Part shown: piece after piece, positions 1 to 16,940 of the stretch | How positions within the stretch are numbered: position 1 is the first letter of the stretch | Layout of the letters: the number at the start of each line of letters is the position of its first letter | NCBI RefSeq assembly: GCF_009914755.1 | Contig: NC_060936.1 | DNA length: 64,000 bases | From: the human T2T-CHM13v2.0 reference genome, Homo sapiens | Reading direction: 5' to 3' (one strand) | Position numbers and translations under genes: made by a program | The notes under the pieces: generated by a model | What the model saw: only the letters and a program-made list of their open reading frames with translations | What the model was told of the DNA's origin: nothing | Databases searched by the model: none

Positions 1-682
1 ACCTATCTCTCTCCCTCTCCTAGGGCCTCTTTATCCCCTGAGACACATCAGTATTGAAATTAGGCCAATTAGTAACTCTGCAATGGCCTCTAAGTGTTCA
101 AATGAAAGAAAGGGTCACACATCTCTCACTTGAAATAAAATACAAGAAATAATTAAGCTTAGTGAGGAAGATGTGTTGAAGGTGGAGACAGGCTGAAAGC
201 TAGTTAGGCCTTTTGTGCCGAACAGTTAACCAAGTTGTGATTTCAAAGGAAAAATTCCTCGTTTCATTGAACTTCTCTTTACTGTGCTTTATAGACACTG
301 TGGTTTTTACAAATTGAAGGTTTGTGGAAACTCTATGTTGAGCAAGTTTATTGGTGCCATTTTTCCAACAAGTTGTGATTGCAAGGGAAACATTCTTTAA
401 GGGAAATTAAAAGTGCTACTCCAGTGTACATATGAATGATAAGAAAGCAAAACAGCCTTAGTGCTGATATGGAGGAAGTTTAAGCAGTCTGGAAAGAAGA
501 TCAAATGAGCCTCAATATTTCCTTAAGGCAAAGCCTAATTCAGAGCAAGGCCCTAACTCCCTTCAATTCTATGAAGGCTGAGATCGTCGAGAAAGCTACA
601 GAAGAAAAGTTTGAAGCTAGAAGAGGTTGGTTCATGATGTATAAGGAAAGACCTTGTCTCTATAGCATAAAAGTGCAAGATG

Positions 683-972
683 GGCTGGGCGTGGTGGTTC
701 ACGTCTGTAATCCCAGCACTTTGGGAGGCCCAGGCGGGCAGATTACGAGGTCAGGAGTTCGAGACCAGCCTGGCCAATATAGTGAAACCCCATCTCTACT
801 AAAAATACAAAAAAATTAGCTGGGCATGGTAGTGAGCACCTGTAATCCCAGCTACTCAGGAGGCTGAGGCAGGAGAATCACTTGAACCCAGGAGGCAGAG
901 GTTGCCGTGAGCTGAGATCATGCCATTGCACTCCAGCCAGGGCAACAGTGCAAAACTCCATCTAAAAAAAAA
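683..972 (+). mobile_element. AluS (Sg-like) inserted in Tigger1
   Basis: Full dimer; TSD aaaagtgcaag(a/g)tg at 669-682 and 970-983. Confidence 0.95.
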
Positions 973-1980
973 AGTGCAAGGTGAAACAGCAAGTGCTGAT
1001 GGAGAAGCTGCAGCAAGTTACACAGAAGATCTAGCTAACATCATCGATGAGGCTGACTACACTAGACAACAGATTTTCAATGTAGAGGAAACAGCCTTCT
1101 GCTGGAAGAAGATGTCATCTAGGACATTCACAGCAGGAGGGGAGAAGTCAATGCCTGGCTTCCAAACAGGGGACAGGCTAACTATCTTGTCAAGGGCTAA
1201 TGCAGCTGGTGGATTTAAGTTGGAGCCAATGCTCAGTTATCATTTGGAAAATCCTAGGGCCCTTAAGAATTGTGCTAACTCTTCTCTGCCTGTGCTCTAT
1301 AAATGAAACAAGAAGCCCAGATGACTGCACACCTGTATACAGTATGGTTTGCAGAATATTTTAAGCCCACTGTTGAGACCTACCTGTCAGAAAAAAATAT
1401 TCCTTTCAAAGCATTGTTGCTCCTTGACAATGCACCTGGTCATCCAAGAGCTCTGATGGAGATGTACAAGGAGATTAATACTGTTTCATGCCTGCTAACA
1501 CAACGTCCATTCTGTAGCCTATGGTTCAAGGAGTAATTTTGACTGTCATGTCTTATAATTTAAGAAATACATTTCAAAATGTTAGCTGCCGTACATAGTG
1601 ATTCCTCTGATGGATTTGGGCAAAGTAAATCGAACATGTTTGGGAACGAATGCACCATTTTAGATGTCATTAAGAACATTGGTGATTCATAGGTGAGGTC
1701 AAAGTGTCAACATTAACAGGAGTTCCAACACTTATGGCTGACTTTGAGAAGTTCAAGACTTCAGCAGAGGAAGGCACTGCGGATGTGGAGATGGCAAAAG
1801 AATTAGAATTAGAAGTAGAGCCTGAAGATGTGACTGAATTGCTGCCATCTTATGATCAAACTAAAATGGATAAAGAGTTGTTGCTTATGGATGAGCCATG
1901 AAAGTGGTTGATTGAGAATATAATCTACTCGTGGAGAAAATGCTGTGAACATTGTTGACATGACAGCAAAGGATTTATAA

Positions 1981-4613
<2,633 letters not shown>

Positions 4614-5091
4614 AAAGAATTTCGACTATGGGTAAAATATTATCAAACAGCATCTCATGCAACAGAAAATATTTTCATGAACGGACGAGTCCATTGATGC
4701 AGCAAACTTCATTGTTGTCTTATTTTAATAAATTGCCACAGCCACCCTAAACTTCAGCAGCTGCCACCTTGATCAGTCAGCAGCCATCAACATTGAGGCA
4801 AGATACTCCACCAGCAAAAAATTTACTGAATTATTTTGAAAACTGACTGAAGGCTCAGATGATCATCAGCATTTTTTAAGCAATAAAGAATTTTTAAATT
4901 AAGGTATGTACATTTTTATTTTAGACATAATGCTATTGCAGGCTCAACAGACTGCAGTATAGTGTAAACATAACTTTTATATGCACTTGGAAACCAAAAC
5001 ATTCAGGTGGCTTGCTTTATTGCAATATTTGCTTTATTGCAGTGGTCTGGAAGGGAACCTGCAATAGCTCTAAGGTTTGCCTGTATTCTTT

Positions 5092-5550
5092 TATGTGATA
5101 GTCAGGTACGGGCACAAGAGGAGACCAGGGAGAAGCTCAGGAAAATGTTTGCACACTTGTATGTCCTAAAGACAGGAGGCAGGTTATGCCCTTTGTCACA
5201 GGGACATGTGGGAAAGACATCAAGGTGGTCAGGAGGCAGAAGACAGGAGTGGGGGGAAAGCATTAGGTTAGAGCCTTTATTGGAGTTTCTGTGGGAAAAG
5301 CAAGTCAGGGCAGGATTGGCTAGTTTGAATGATTTCAGCAGGCTCTGAGCTATAGGTGGTCCCTAGTTGTGGGGTCCTGGGTCTTGGAATGATAATGGCA
5401 GAGTAATATTGCCTCCTGAGGTGTCTGGGCTGGATGGAGGATGTCTGGCTCTGGATTGGGTTATTTGCATATCAGATGCTCCTGGCTGAGTTCCTTGGCT
5501 ATTTTTAAGAACTGGCTAGCCCCTGGAGAGGCAGCATGTCTTTAGTCATA
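5092..5550 (-). mobile_element. ERVL-class solo LTR (MER76-like)
   Basis: gcctttattggagtttctgtgggaaaagc...ggattggctagtttgaat resembles recalled MER76/MER74-group LTRs. Confidence 0.55.
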
Positions 5551-6412
5551 AAGGGTTTTATTAAAAAATATACATCATTAAGATAACATCATAATATAAA
5601 TATGTATATACATACAATTATGTATTGTACACTTAAACTGTCACCTCCCTCAACACAAAGGATCAGTGATTAGAAGAGTAAACAAAATTAAATGTAGTAA
5701 TTCTCTAGGTTATACAAGATCCCATTCTTATAAATGTTAATATTAATTGCAAAGATAATTTTATCCAATTTTTCAATCTTTCAATATTTTTATTTTGGAT
5801 ACTAAAATATGGTAAGAGATTAGTATATGGATTATAATGACAGTAACTGAATTAGAAATTTCATCCACATAAGAGAAGAATCAATTATAAAGCTATATTA
5901 ACAAACTTCCCTGTAGCCTGTAGGAGAGAAACACTTTCGCTTGTGGTTATAGGAAAAAAATATATATCTAAGACTCATGCATGTGTATATTAAATCACAT
6001 ATTAGAATAAATGTCAGATCAATTTTTCTCTTGTTGGCTTAATACATAATAAAGTAAATGGCCCATAACAAAGAAAGAAAAGGTTTTCTTTAACAAGAAA
6101 GGGTTTAAATATGCAAACATTTTGATAGTTAATAGAGCAGGTAATAAAATGAGCGTGATGCATATCTCAAAAGAGTGTTTACAAGGCTTTTATAAGAATT
6201 TTGGTTAGTTATTGTGTTTAATATTTTATTCCTTTTGTCACCAGTTTGTCTGACTATTCTTACTATGTTAGTATTAACATTCTTATAAATATTAGAGGTT
6301 GTTGCAATCAAGACTGAATGCCAGGAACTTTAAAAACACAATGACTAGAAGTTATAGATAATGGAATTATCCTTTTAATGATGTCTTGAATTAAAAAATA
6401 TATATATTTTAA

Positions 6413-6791
<379 letters not shown>

Positions 6792-6804
6792 TCATGGCTG
6801 CCCT

Positions 6805-7605
6805 GTGTCTGTTAAAATAATACTAGCTGCAGCAACAGACAACCTCAAAATCTCAGTGGCTTGACTTAATAGAAGTTTATTCCAGTGAAGTTTATTTATC
6901 ACTTAAGTTTAATGCAATCAGCTGGTGGTGGGAGGGGCGTCAGGCAGTCACTCAGAGACCCAGGTTTCTTCCACCTTGTGGCTCTGTCTTCCCTCAAGAG
7001 CTTAGAGTCTTCTGATGGCTTTGGCCAGTAGATGGGGTAAGAGAACCAATGCAGGGGAAAAGGTAGGTTTTTATGGGTCATCTAGTTGACTCTGTGGCAG
7101 AATCTGCTAGTGTTCACCAATATCTGCTTTCCTCTCTTCTTCCTGGGCACACTGCTCACCTCTTTTGCAAATCCACTGAGACCATGAGACTATTTCTTGC
7201 ACATGGTGTAAAAGCAGACATGATGTGTATAACCTTTCAGAGGATGCGGTTGAGGGCAAGCCTGCCTTATCCTCACTCTTTCTCTTACTCTTCCGTTGGT
7301 TGATTGTAGAGACGTTTGAGGCTTCAGAGGGTGGCAGGGCCACAGTATGCAAGGAGCTCAGGTCCCTGAATGACTGCATGGAGCACAATCCCCTACCATT
7401 GTATCTTTGTAGGTGACTTGTTCTCTAGGTTTCAGAGGTCCACAGATGAGTAGAATTTTACCCCAGGGTGGATCTTACCCTAAGTCTAACCCATAACTAA
7501 TATAGATGAAATTTTTGATACTGGAATGGATTAAAGCTTTGAGGGATATTGCAATATGGTACATGACTCTGGGAAGAGCATACATTTTGGAGGGCTAGAG
7601 GGTAG
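6805..7605. mobile_element. Old MaLR fragments (MLT1J/K-like LTR pieces and an MLT1-int 3' end)
   Basis: aaaatctcagtggcttgac; tgtggcagaatctgctagtgttcaccaatatc; internal end ...ttttggagggctagagggtaggc abutting the next LTR. Confidence 0.5.
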
Positions 7606-7730
7606 GCTTTTAGGAACTGAATTATGTCCTTCCCCAAAAGATACGTTGATGTCCTAAGAATGTCCTTAGAATGTGAATTTATTTGGAAACAGTTATTGCA
7701 GAGGTAATTAGTTACGTTCACATGAGGTCA

Positions 7731-8150
<420 letters not shown>

Positions 8151-8263
8151 CTACAAATATGTAGAAACAGTGTGGTCCTGCTGATGCCTTGATTTTAGAC
8201 TTCTGGCCTCCAGAGCTGTAAGATAATAAATTGCTGTTGTTTTAGGCTGCAAAGTTTGTGGTA

Positions 8264-8955
8264 CAGTAGTCTCCTCTTATTCACAGTTTTGCTTTCTGTG
8301 GTTTCAGTTATCCAAGGTCAACCAGGATCTGAAAATATTAAATGGAAAATTCCAGAAATTCACATGTTTTAAAATTACATGACTTTGTATTCATGGATGG
8401 AGCTGGAGGCCATTATCCTTAGCAGACTAACACAGAAATAGAAAACCAAATGCCACAGGTTCTCACTTGTAAGTGGGAGTTAAATGATGAGAACACATGG
8501 ACACATAGAGGGAAACAGCACACATTGGGTCCTATTAAAGGGTGGAGGGTGGGAGGAGGGAGAGGATCAGGATAAATAACTAATGAGTACTAGGCTTAAT
8601 ACCTGGGTAATGAAATAACCTGTATGGCAAACCCCCATGACACAAGTTTACCTATGTAACAAACCTGCACATGTATGCCTGAACTTAAAATAAAAGTTAA
8701 CATAAAATTGCACACCATTCTGAGTAGTGTGATGAAGTCTCACATCATCCTGCTCTGTCCTGCCTGGGATGTGAATCATTCCTTTTTCCAGCAGATCCAG
8801 GCTGTGTACACTGCCTGCCAGGTAGTCACGTACTAACTGACTCAGTTGTCAGATGGAAAACACATAGTTTGTGTAGGGTTCAGCTCTATCTACAGTTTCA
8901 AACAACCACTGGGGGTCTTGGAACGTATCCCCCGAGGATAATGAGGGGCAGCTTC
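8264..8955 (+). mobile_element. MER44A (Tigger7-derived MITE) interrupted by an L1PA 3' end
   Basis: Left TIR cagtagtctcctcttattcacag after TA; right end gggggtcttggaacgtatcccccgaggataa. Confidence 0.8.
8390..8703 (+). mobile_element. Older L1PA (PA13-16-like) 3' end
   Basis: ggaggagggagaggatcagg...cctgaacttaaaataaaagttaa. Confidence 0.85.
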
Positions 8956-9316
8956 TGTATTAGTCTGTTCTCAAGCTGCTGATAAAGACATACCTGAGAC
9001 TGGGTAATTTATAAAGAAAAAGAGGTTTAATGGACTCACAGTTCCATGTGACTGGAGAGGCCTCACAATCATGGTGGAAGGCAAAAGGCACTTCTTACAT
9101 GGCAGCTGGCAAAGAGAGAGAATTCGAGCCAAGTGAAAGGGGTTCCCGTTTATGAAACCGTCAGAGCTCGTGAGACTTACTACCACGAGAACGGTATGGG
9201 GGAAACTGGTCCCATGATTCAATTACCTCCCACCAGGTCCCTCTCACAACACGTGGGAATTATGGGAGCTACAATTCAAGGTGGGATTTGGGTGGGGACA
9301 CAGCCAAACCATATCA
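8956..9316 (-). mobile_element. THE1 solo LTR
   Basis: tgtattagtctgttctc...cagccaaaccatatca. Confidence 0.92.
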
Positions 9317-10878
9317 ACCACTTTGTTATGGTAGCCACAGGAATCTAATACAGAATTTTCATTCGCTGGTGCCAAGGGGTGTTCGGAAGCAGAAATGCAG
9401 CCTGGATTTCTGAAGGGTTCCCTTTGGCAAGCGGTCTCATAAAATACATTTTGAATCATAATAGTAGCCCACATGCAAAACCAAATATTTCACATAAAAA
9501 TTTGAATTTTGATATTTCCTGAAAAAATTGGCAAACATGGAGATTCATTTTCACCTGGCTCAAAAATGATCAGTGTCTTAGTAGAAGCTGTTTAACATTC
9601 TGAAATTATTATATGGCATGCTTATAAAGACTGCCTTCAGCTAGACTTCCTGCCTACATCTTCCAGCAGTTGCTTTCTACATAGCAGTACTGTCTTGCCC
9701 CGTAGTTAATGCAACAATGACCAGAAATTTGCAAAAAGGTTTTGTACAGAGATTACGTAGCTACAATGAGCTCATCCCAACGTGAGGCAGGCCCAATCCA
9801 ATATGACTGTGATCATGTTTCTTCATTGTCCCTTTCGTTAGAATGTAGACCCTCCGCCCTGGTGTAATTGTGTTTATTTCAGTATATTTCCAAATAGGAA
9901 TCTATGGAAAGGTTGTTGGGGTTTGATTCGATTGGTTTTCACTTTGTTTTTATCCTTTAATAGGAAGCTGAAGATTGTTTGTATTTGGTAAACGTTTCTT
10001 TGATCTCTTTTCCATATCTGCATGTCTGAATATTGGCCTCTTCAGAGGCAAAGCACGGCTAAACATTTCAGATGTTTAAAAATAAGTTTTGTCTTTATGC
10101 ATCCTATGTTCTGTTTTACTTTTCCTTGTGTAACTAAAATATTCCCCCAAAACCTACAAAACACGATTCCAGAACTATGGGAGATTCCTTCACTTTTAAT
10201 GGCTGGTTTTTCCTCTATGAAAATGGAAGGTTTCATGCTTTGAATTGAGCTGTTTTTTCTCTTTTTTTTTTTTTGCCCGGCGGTGGGGGGGCGTTGTTTG
10301 TCCCTGCACATGCAGTAATTGTACAATTCCCAGAAAAAGCAAGATCTGTCAGCTTCACTATTGTGGCTTTTCTGGATATCCAAACCCTCAAAAAGCCCAG
10401 GTTTCAGAGATAAACTGGAACAATAACCCTCATCTCCCAGGGACAACTTACTATGAGGTGGGAGAATTGTCTGTTCTGGAGTATAAATATCCTTTGTAGT
10501 GGTTTGCAAATGAGGCCTGAGCATGGAATCTAATTCAGTATTAATTATTTTAGAAATGGTTTTTCTAGTGTATCCATTTAGAACAGACTTGTTTATCAAA
10601 ATCCACTGGTCTGTGTAATTCACCATCCAATTAAAATTAGTTAAATTACTTTCTTTCAATATAGTAAGATTTTTAAAGGTGGTTATTTAATTACAAAAGT
10701 ACCTATCCATGGGAGACACGGATAAGCCTAATAGACTATTTTATTTCGTGGGTGATGCCACCTGGGGCACAAGAAGGTGTTTTTTTTTTTTTGGTGGAGA
10801 TTATAAGGCCATCCATTTATAGCCTTCCTCTTTCTCAGGTCGGCTGTTCAACTTAAACTTTCACTCTGACTCCCACCT

Positions 10879-10996
10879 CTCCCTCCCCCCCTCCCTCCCT
10901 CCCTCCCTCCCTCCCTCCCTCCCTCCCTCCCTCCCTCCCTTCCTTCCTTCCTTCCTTCCTTCCTTCCTTCCTTACTTCCTTCCTTCCTTCCTTCCT
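10879..10996. repeat. Compound (CCCT)n(CCTT)n polypyrimidine microsatellite
   Basis: Direct reading. Confidence 0.97.
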
Positions 10997-11631
10997 CTTC
11001 AGTGTCTGCTTTACTTTAGATGCTATTCTACAAAGCAGGAAGGCCAAAATTAACAACACATGGTCCTGAATTTATGAACTATAACTGTTTGGCCTCTTAC
11101 ATTTGCAAGTGACAGAAAATCTAATTCAAATTGGCTTAAGCAACAAAAAAGGTACAGTTTGTGTAGGTAAAGTACTTGGGGAAGAATGGGCTTCAGGTCT
11201 AGCTGAATCCAGGGGTTCCTCAGGATATAGTTTATATGGAACTTCATTTCTTGCCTTCTGCTGTATGCGTTCCATTGTCATACAAGATCTTCGTAGGTGG
11301 AGGCAGCATGGGCTGCTGCAGTTCCAGCCTCATGTCCCTCCAGGTTTACATCTAGCAGAAAATAATGTGTCTTTTCTCAGCAGCTTTCACCAAGTCCTGG
11401 ATGCATTCTGATTGCAGCCTGGGTAGGTGTGGAGGTTCTGGGCTGAGACTTCTGGAACTCAGCCCCTCTTAGACATTGAGATGATGGTTTCTGTTCACAG
11501 AAAAAACACTGTGCATAGTTGCAAAGCAGATGGGCCAGGGTAGCATCCAGTCCTCTCTTATCTGTAGACAGCATAGTAAGATGGCACTGCTAGTGCACTT
11601 TCTTTACTGGCAGCGCCATCTTACTGTGTAG

Positions 11632-11984
<353 letters not shown>

Positions 11985-12356
11985 GGCAGCTTTTACAAAT
12001 GTATCAGGTAATCATTTCAGAGTATTAGAATATCACTGGGGAAATAAGAAATGCAGTAAGCCCTTACTTACCAATCTGACAGGGACTCAACACGAACAGG
12101 CAGATGTCATCACCAAACACCTCTAGGCTGGTGTCTCCTGAAAAGTGTATTTTGTGCTTCTTGCAGTTATTTTTAAATTCTGTAAAAATTATGCATTGAG
12201 TTTCCACTCCCTGCAGGCTACTAACCTTGTTCTCTGTGAGACTATGAAGGTCACCTGTCAATCCCCAAATGACTGCCATTGTTGGAAGCATGTGAATGAC
12301 TCACCAGCTTAGCCCTCTTTTTGATTTCCACAACGCATACTCACATAAAGAATCTA

Positions 12357-13159
12357 CAAATGTAGAATGGTGCAGCCACTATAGAAACAGTATGGAGATT
12401 CCTCAGAAAATTAAAAATAGAACTACTATTAATACAATCTAGCAACCCCACTTCTGGTATATATTCAAAGGAAATGAAATCAGTATGTCAAAGAGATATC
12501 TATACTCCCATGTTCATTGCAGTGCTATCTGCCAGAGCCAAGATATGGAAACAACGTAATTATCCATTGATGGATGAATTGATAAAGCAAATATGTATCT
12601 ACATATGCATACTATGGAATATTATTCAACGTGAAAAAGGAATAAAATCTTGCCATTTGTGACAACATGGATGAACCTAGAGGACATTATGCTAAGTGAA
12701 CAAGCCAGTTACAGAATGACAAATACTGCATGATTTCACTTATATACAGAATTTTTAAAAGTCAACTGCATAGAAGAAGAGAATAGAACAATGGTTTTCA
12801 GAGACTGGGGGAAGAGAAAATGGGGAGAGGTGAGTCAATGAGTATAACATTTCATTTATGCAAGATAAATAAGATCTAGAGATTTGCTGTACCTGTAGTA
12901 CCTGAAGTTAGTGATATGGTGTCATGCACTTTAAAATATATTAAGAGGACAGAGCTCATGTTAAGTGGTCTTAAAACAAAATGAAGGAAGAAAGCACACA
13001 AAAGAACACAAGGAAGTTCTTGGGGGTGATGCATATGTCTAGTGCCTCAGTTGTGGTGATGATATCAAGGTGTATGCATATGTCCACCTCATCAAGACGT
13101 ATACATTAAATATGTGCAATTGCTTGTATATCAATTATACCTCAATAAAGCTTAAAAAA
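12357..13159 (+). mobile_element. L1MA/L1MB 3' end
   Basis: ORF2 C-terminal remnant (TPMFIAVL) and 3'UTR ending caattatacctcaataaagct. Confidence 0.85.
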
Positions 13160-15440
13160 GAATTCATATGTTCAAGAGACTATTGAATGTGCCAAGTACT
13201 TGGAGCAACAAAAGCAGGGATTATAACTTCAATGGAGCAATGTAGACAACTTCACAGAGAACATAAGCATCCTGCTTCTAAGCTTGTGCTTCAGTGAACT
13301 TGGCTCCTTGGGCGTGGGGTCATGTCCTCAGAGACCATCTCTCCCTATCAGTTAGAGGCCTCCCTCTTGACCTTGACCATAGCCTATAGATGTACAAGGT
13401 GTGCAGCTCACAGAGACTCCTGGTAAAGGGGTGCGGGGGCCTGGCACGTAGCCCTCGCTCTGCCCACCAAGCCTTGCATCCTGGCAGGAGCAGAGGAAGG
13501 GACTCCTCTGAATGCACACAAAGGTGTCCTGTGGACCAGCTGCCCCCTGCCCCTCTCTTGCCCATCTCTGCTCCTTTGCTCAGTTTTTGTCATTTTTATA
13601 ATTAGTAGATTAGTCACAAATTTCTCTCATTTTTTCATGAAGAAGAGCTTAAAAATCTTTTTGATTGTTTTCCCTTTTTGCTTATACTTTCACTCTCAAG
13701 AGCTCTGTTTTTACCCGAAATTGCCTATCCCTGTATTTTCTAAAGCATGAGGTTTCCTTCCTAACAGATTTTAGGCTGCCTGATGTTAAGACAATAGACA
13801 TTTTAGTTTGTTGATCTTGCTTCTCCTATGCCTATATTTTTCCTTTCTTTCCTGCATTATTTGAGTTGGGTTATCCTTCTTTTTCTCTGTTAACTGGTTT
13901 TGGCATTTTCCATTCTGTTGCATTTTTTCAAGTGGCTGAAATTTCAATTAGTTATGCCTATTTGTAAACATATTTTCTGAAAATACTTCATTGGCTGTTA
14001 TACCTTTTATGAGGTCCCTGAAATCCTTCTGGAGCAGAGACAATTGCAGGGGATTTCCCCATGTTCCCAGCAACAGGCAACCCTCCTATTTTCCGAGGCA
14101 TCCTCTGCTTCATTTCTAGTCCTCTCCTTGGCCATCCCAGCTGGCAACATGTGGGCTCTGCCACACACCTTCTTTAGCGTCATCAGCATGATTTTTGGTT
14201 TCAGGGATATTTTTGAAAAGTCCCTGTGAAGAAACTTCCTTTGTTTCCCCTGAGAGAGATGCTTCAATTTATGCCTTTAAATAAACTATGAAAAGCTTAA
14301 GACTAAACTGTATGGTTATTTTTATAATAGCTTCTTGACAGCACCTTACAGAGAGGGAAGAAACAATTCTATTTTGGCTTCAATTTGAATAATTTCTGGT
14401 AATAATATTTTTTAAAGTTTTGATGCTTTAGAATGTTGTATCCAGAGCAACTTCCATCATAATTAAATATTTTGTTTGTACAAAGTATCATACTGCTTTG
14501 AGAATTGGCATTAATATTTAAGTTTTTGTATAATTAATTTTATATCTTGATATAACACACTGATGTTTCGTCATTTGAAATTATTTTGCACTTGGTTTTT
14601 TGCATTTCATACAGGTAGTGAGAGCACACTGTCTCGCTGTCTGTAGAGGTTTTACGATTTCCCTTTCTAATCTTTGGACTATCTTCTGATGATCCTTGGC
14701 TTGCATGAGTCCAAATTAGCTACCTAAGGGTGGGAATTGATAACAGGAAGAGAGATGGCTCAAGCTATTGTGTCTCATACCCAGGCCTTGCCCGGGGGGT
14801 CTGCAGGTCATGCAGGTCATGCCTACACTGCTCCATTCTATAAGACACTTTTTATACCGTAGTTTATGTTAATGAAATTTACTGATTTGAGCAGTGTGCA
14901 ACTTGTGAAACTGTACTGGTAGCCCACTAAAACCCCAATCCCAAGCCTTTGATTTAGAGGCTCATCTTATCCCTCAGTTGAGTTGTCTTCCCCCAGGCCC
15001 AAAAAAATGGTTACTGAGAAGCTGCTCTGCCTTCTTCTCTGTGCTGGATCCTAGCGTTCTAACCAGGAATACAACATTGTCTCTGTCTTCAAATATTCAC
15101 TGTCCGGGGAGAGAGGCAGACTTGTAAATATGCACCTCAGAATGATGAATTGGAAGTGAAGATGGAAGAGTGAAAAAGGCATCGAAACCAAATACCAGTG
15201 CGAGGTGTGAGGGAGACCACTATGAGACATTTCAAAGCTTATTAGATGATTCATCTCCATTGAGGGTATTTATGGATCGGATTCTTGGGGGAGGGATGTC
15301 TGTGGAGCTTGACCTGAATCCTTGCAGTTAGGTGGGCGTGAACGGCTGGTGCTGATTCACATCAGAGACAGCTAAACCCATCTGTGACAGCAGAGTAGAG
15401 GGCTGCATGGGGAGAACAGAAGGAAAAAAATATACTTTTC

Positions 15441-15790
<350 letters not shown>

Positions 15791-15954
15791 TAGAACCTAC
15801 AGTGGATATATTGGTCTGGAGATGTTTTAAAAGGGTAGCCAGCCATGGCACTACGTTAAACAATATGGCATTGTATACTTTACAAACCGTGAAGCTCTAC
15901 AACTTAATCATCTGCATAACTGAAACTTTATACCTATTAGAACGCAATATTTAA

Positions 15955-16210
15955 AAAATAGTTTTAGGTTTTTAAAAAATTGAACAGAAAAAAACAGAGT
16001 ACCCATATAACACTCCTCCCCCAACATGCAGCTTCCCCTATTGGTAACGTCTTGCATTTGTGCAGTTCATGTATTCCAACTAATGAATCAAGATGAATGC
16101 ATTATTATTAACTAAAGTATAAATTCTTTCAGATTTCCTTAGATTTTTACCTAATGTCCTTTTTCTACTCCAGGATCCCATCCAGAATACTGCATTTTGT
16201 TGTCGCGTCT
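15955..16210 (-). mobile_element. L1MC-like 3' fragment; probably continues at about 19730-20524 and 22825-22960
   Basis: ccaggatcccatccagaatac; gatcatttggctgaag; tttagaaatcaagacctgggtgct. Confidence 0.6.
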
Positions 16211-16221
16211 AATCAAGGTAA

Positions 16222-16536
<315 letters not shown>

Positions 16537-16573
16537 TAATTTCAAATTGAGACTAGGTTTATCATAAGGTTAT

Positions 16574-16940
16574 ATAGTCATGTGCCACATATCCATGTTC
16601 CAGTCAACAATGACTGCATATACGATGGTGGTCCCCTAAGATTATAGTGGGAACTGTCTATACACATGTGTCATTTTTACTGTTATACCTTATTTTCACT
16701 GTACCTTTTCTATGTTTAGATACACAAATACCACTGTTCTATAATTGCCTAGATATTTAGTATAATAACCTGCTGTATGGATTTGTAGCCTAGGAGTCAT
16801 AGGCCCTACCATATAGCCTACGTGTGTAGGAGGCTCTATCACCTAGTTTGTGTAAGTACTCTCTACGATGGTCACACAATGACAGCATACCCTAATGATG
16901 CATTTCTTAGAATGTGTCCCCATTAAGAGACACATGCCCG
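16574..16940 (+). mobile_element. Tigger3/MER7 (Golem) non-autonomous DNA transposon
   Basis: Ends agtcatgtgccacata and gacacatgcccg flanked by TA; internal gtagcctaggag...ccatatagccta. Confidence 0.8.

Noticed and set aside
505-1901. TIGD1-like domesticated transposase gene
   Set aside because: Broken by stops, frameshifts, an Alu and an L1; an ordinary Tigger1 fossil.
10042-10659. 205-aa minus-strand ORF
   Set aside because: Non-ATG start, runs through a homopolymer tract, and has no recognisable domain or splice context.
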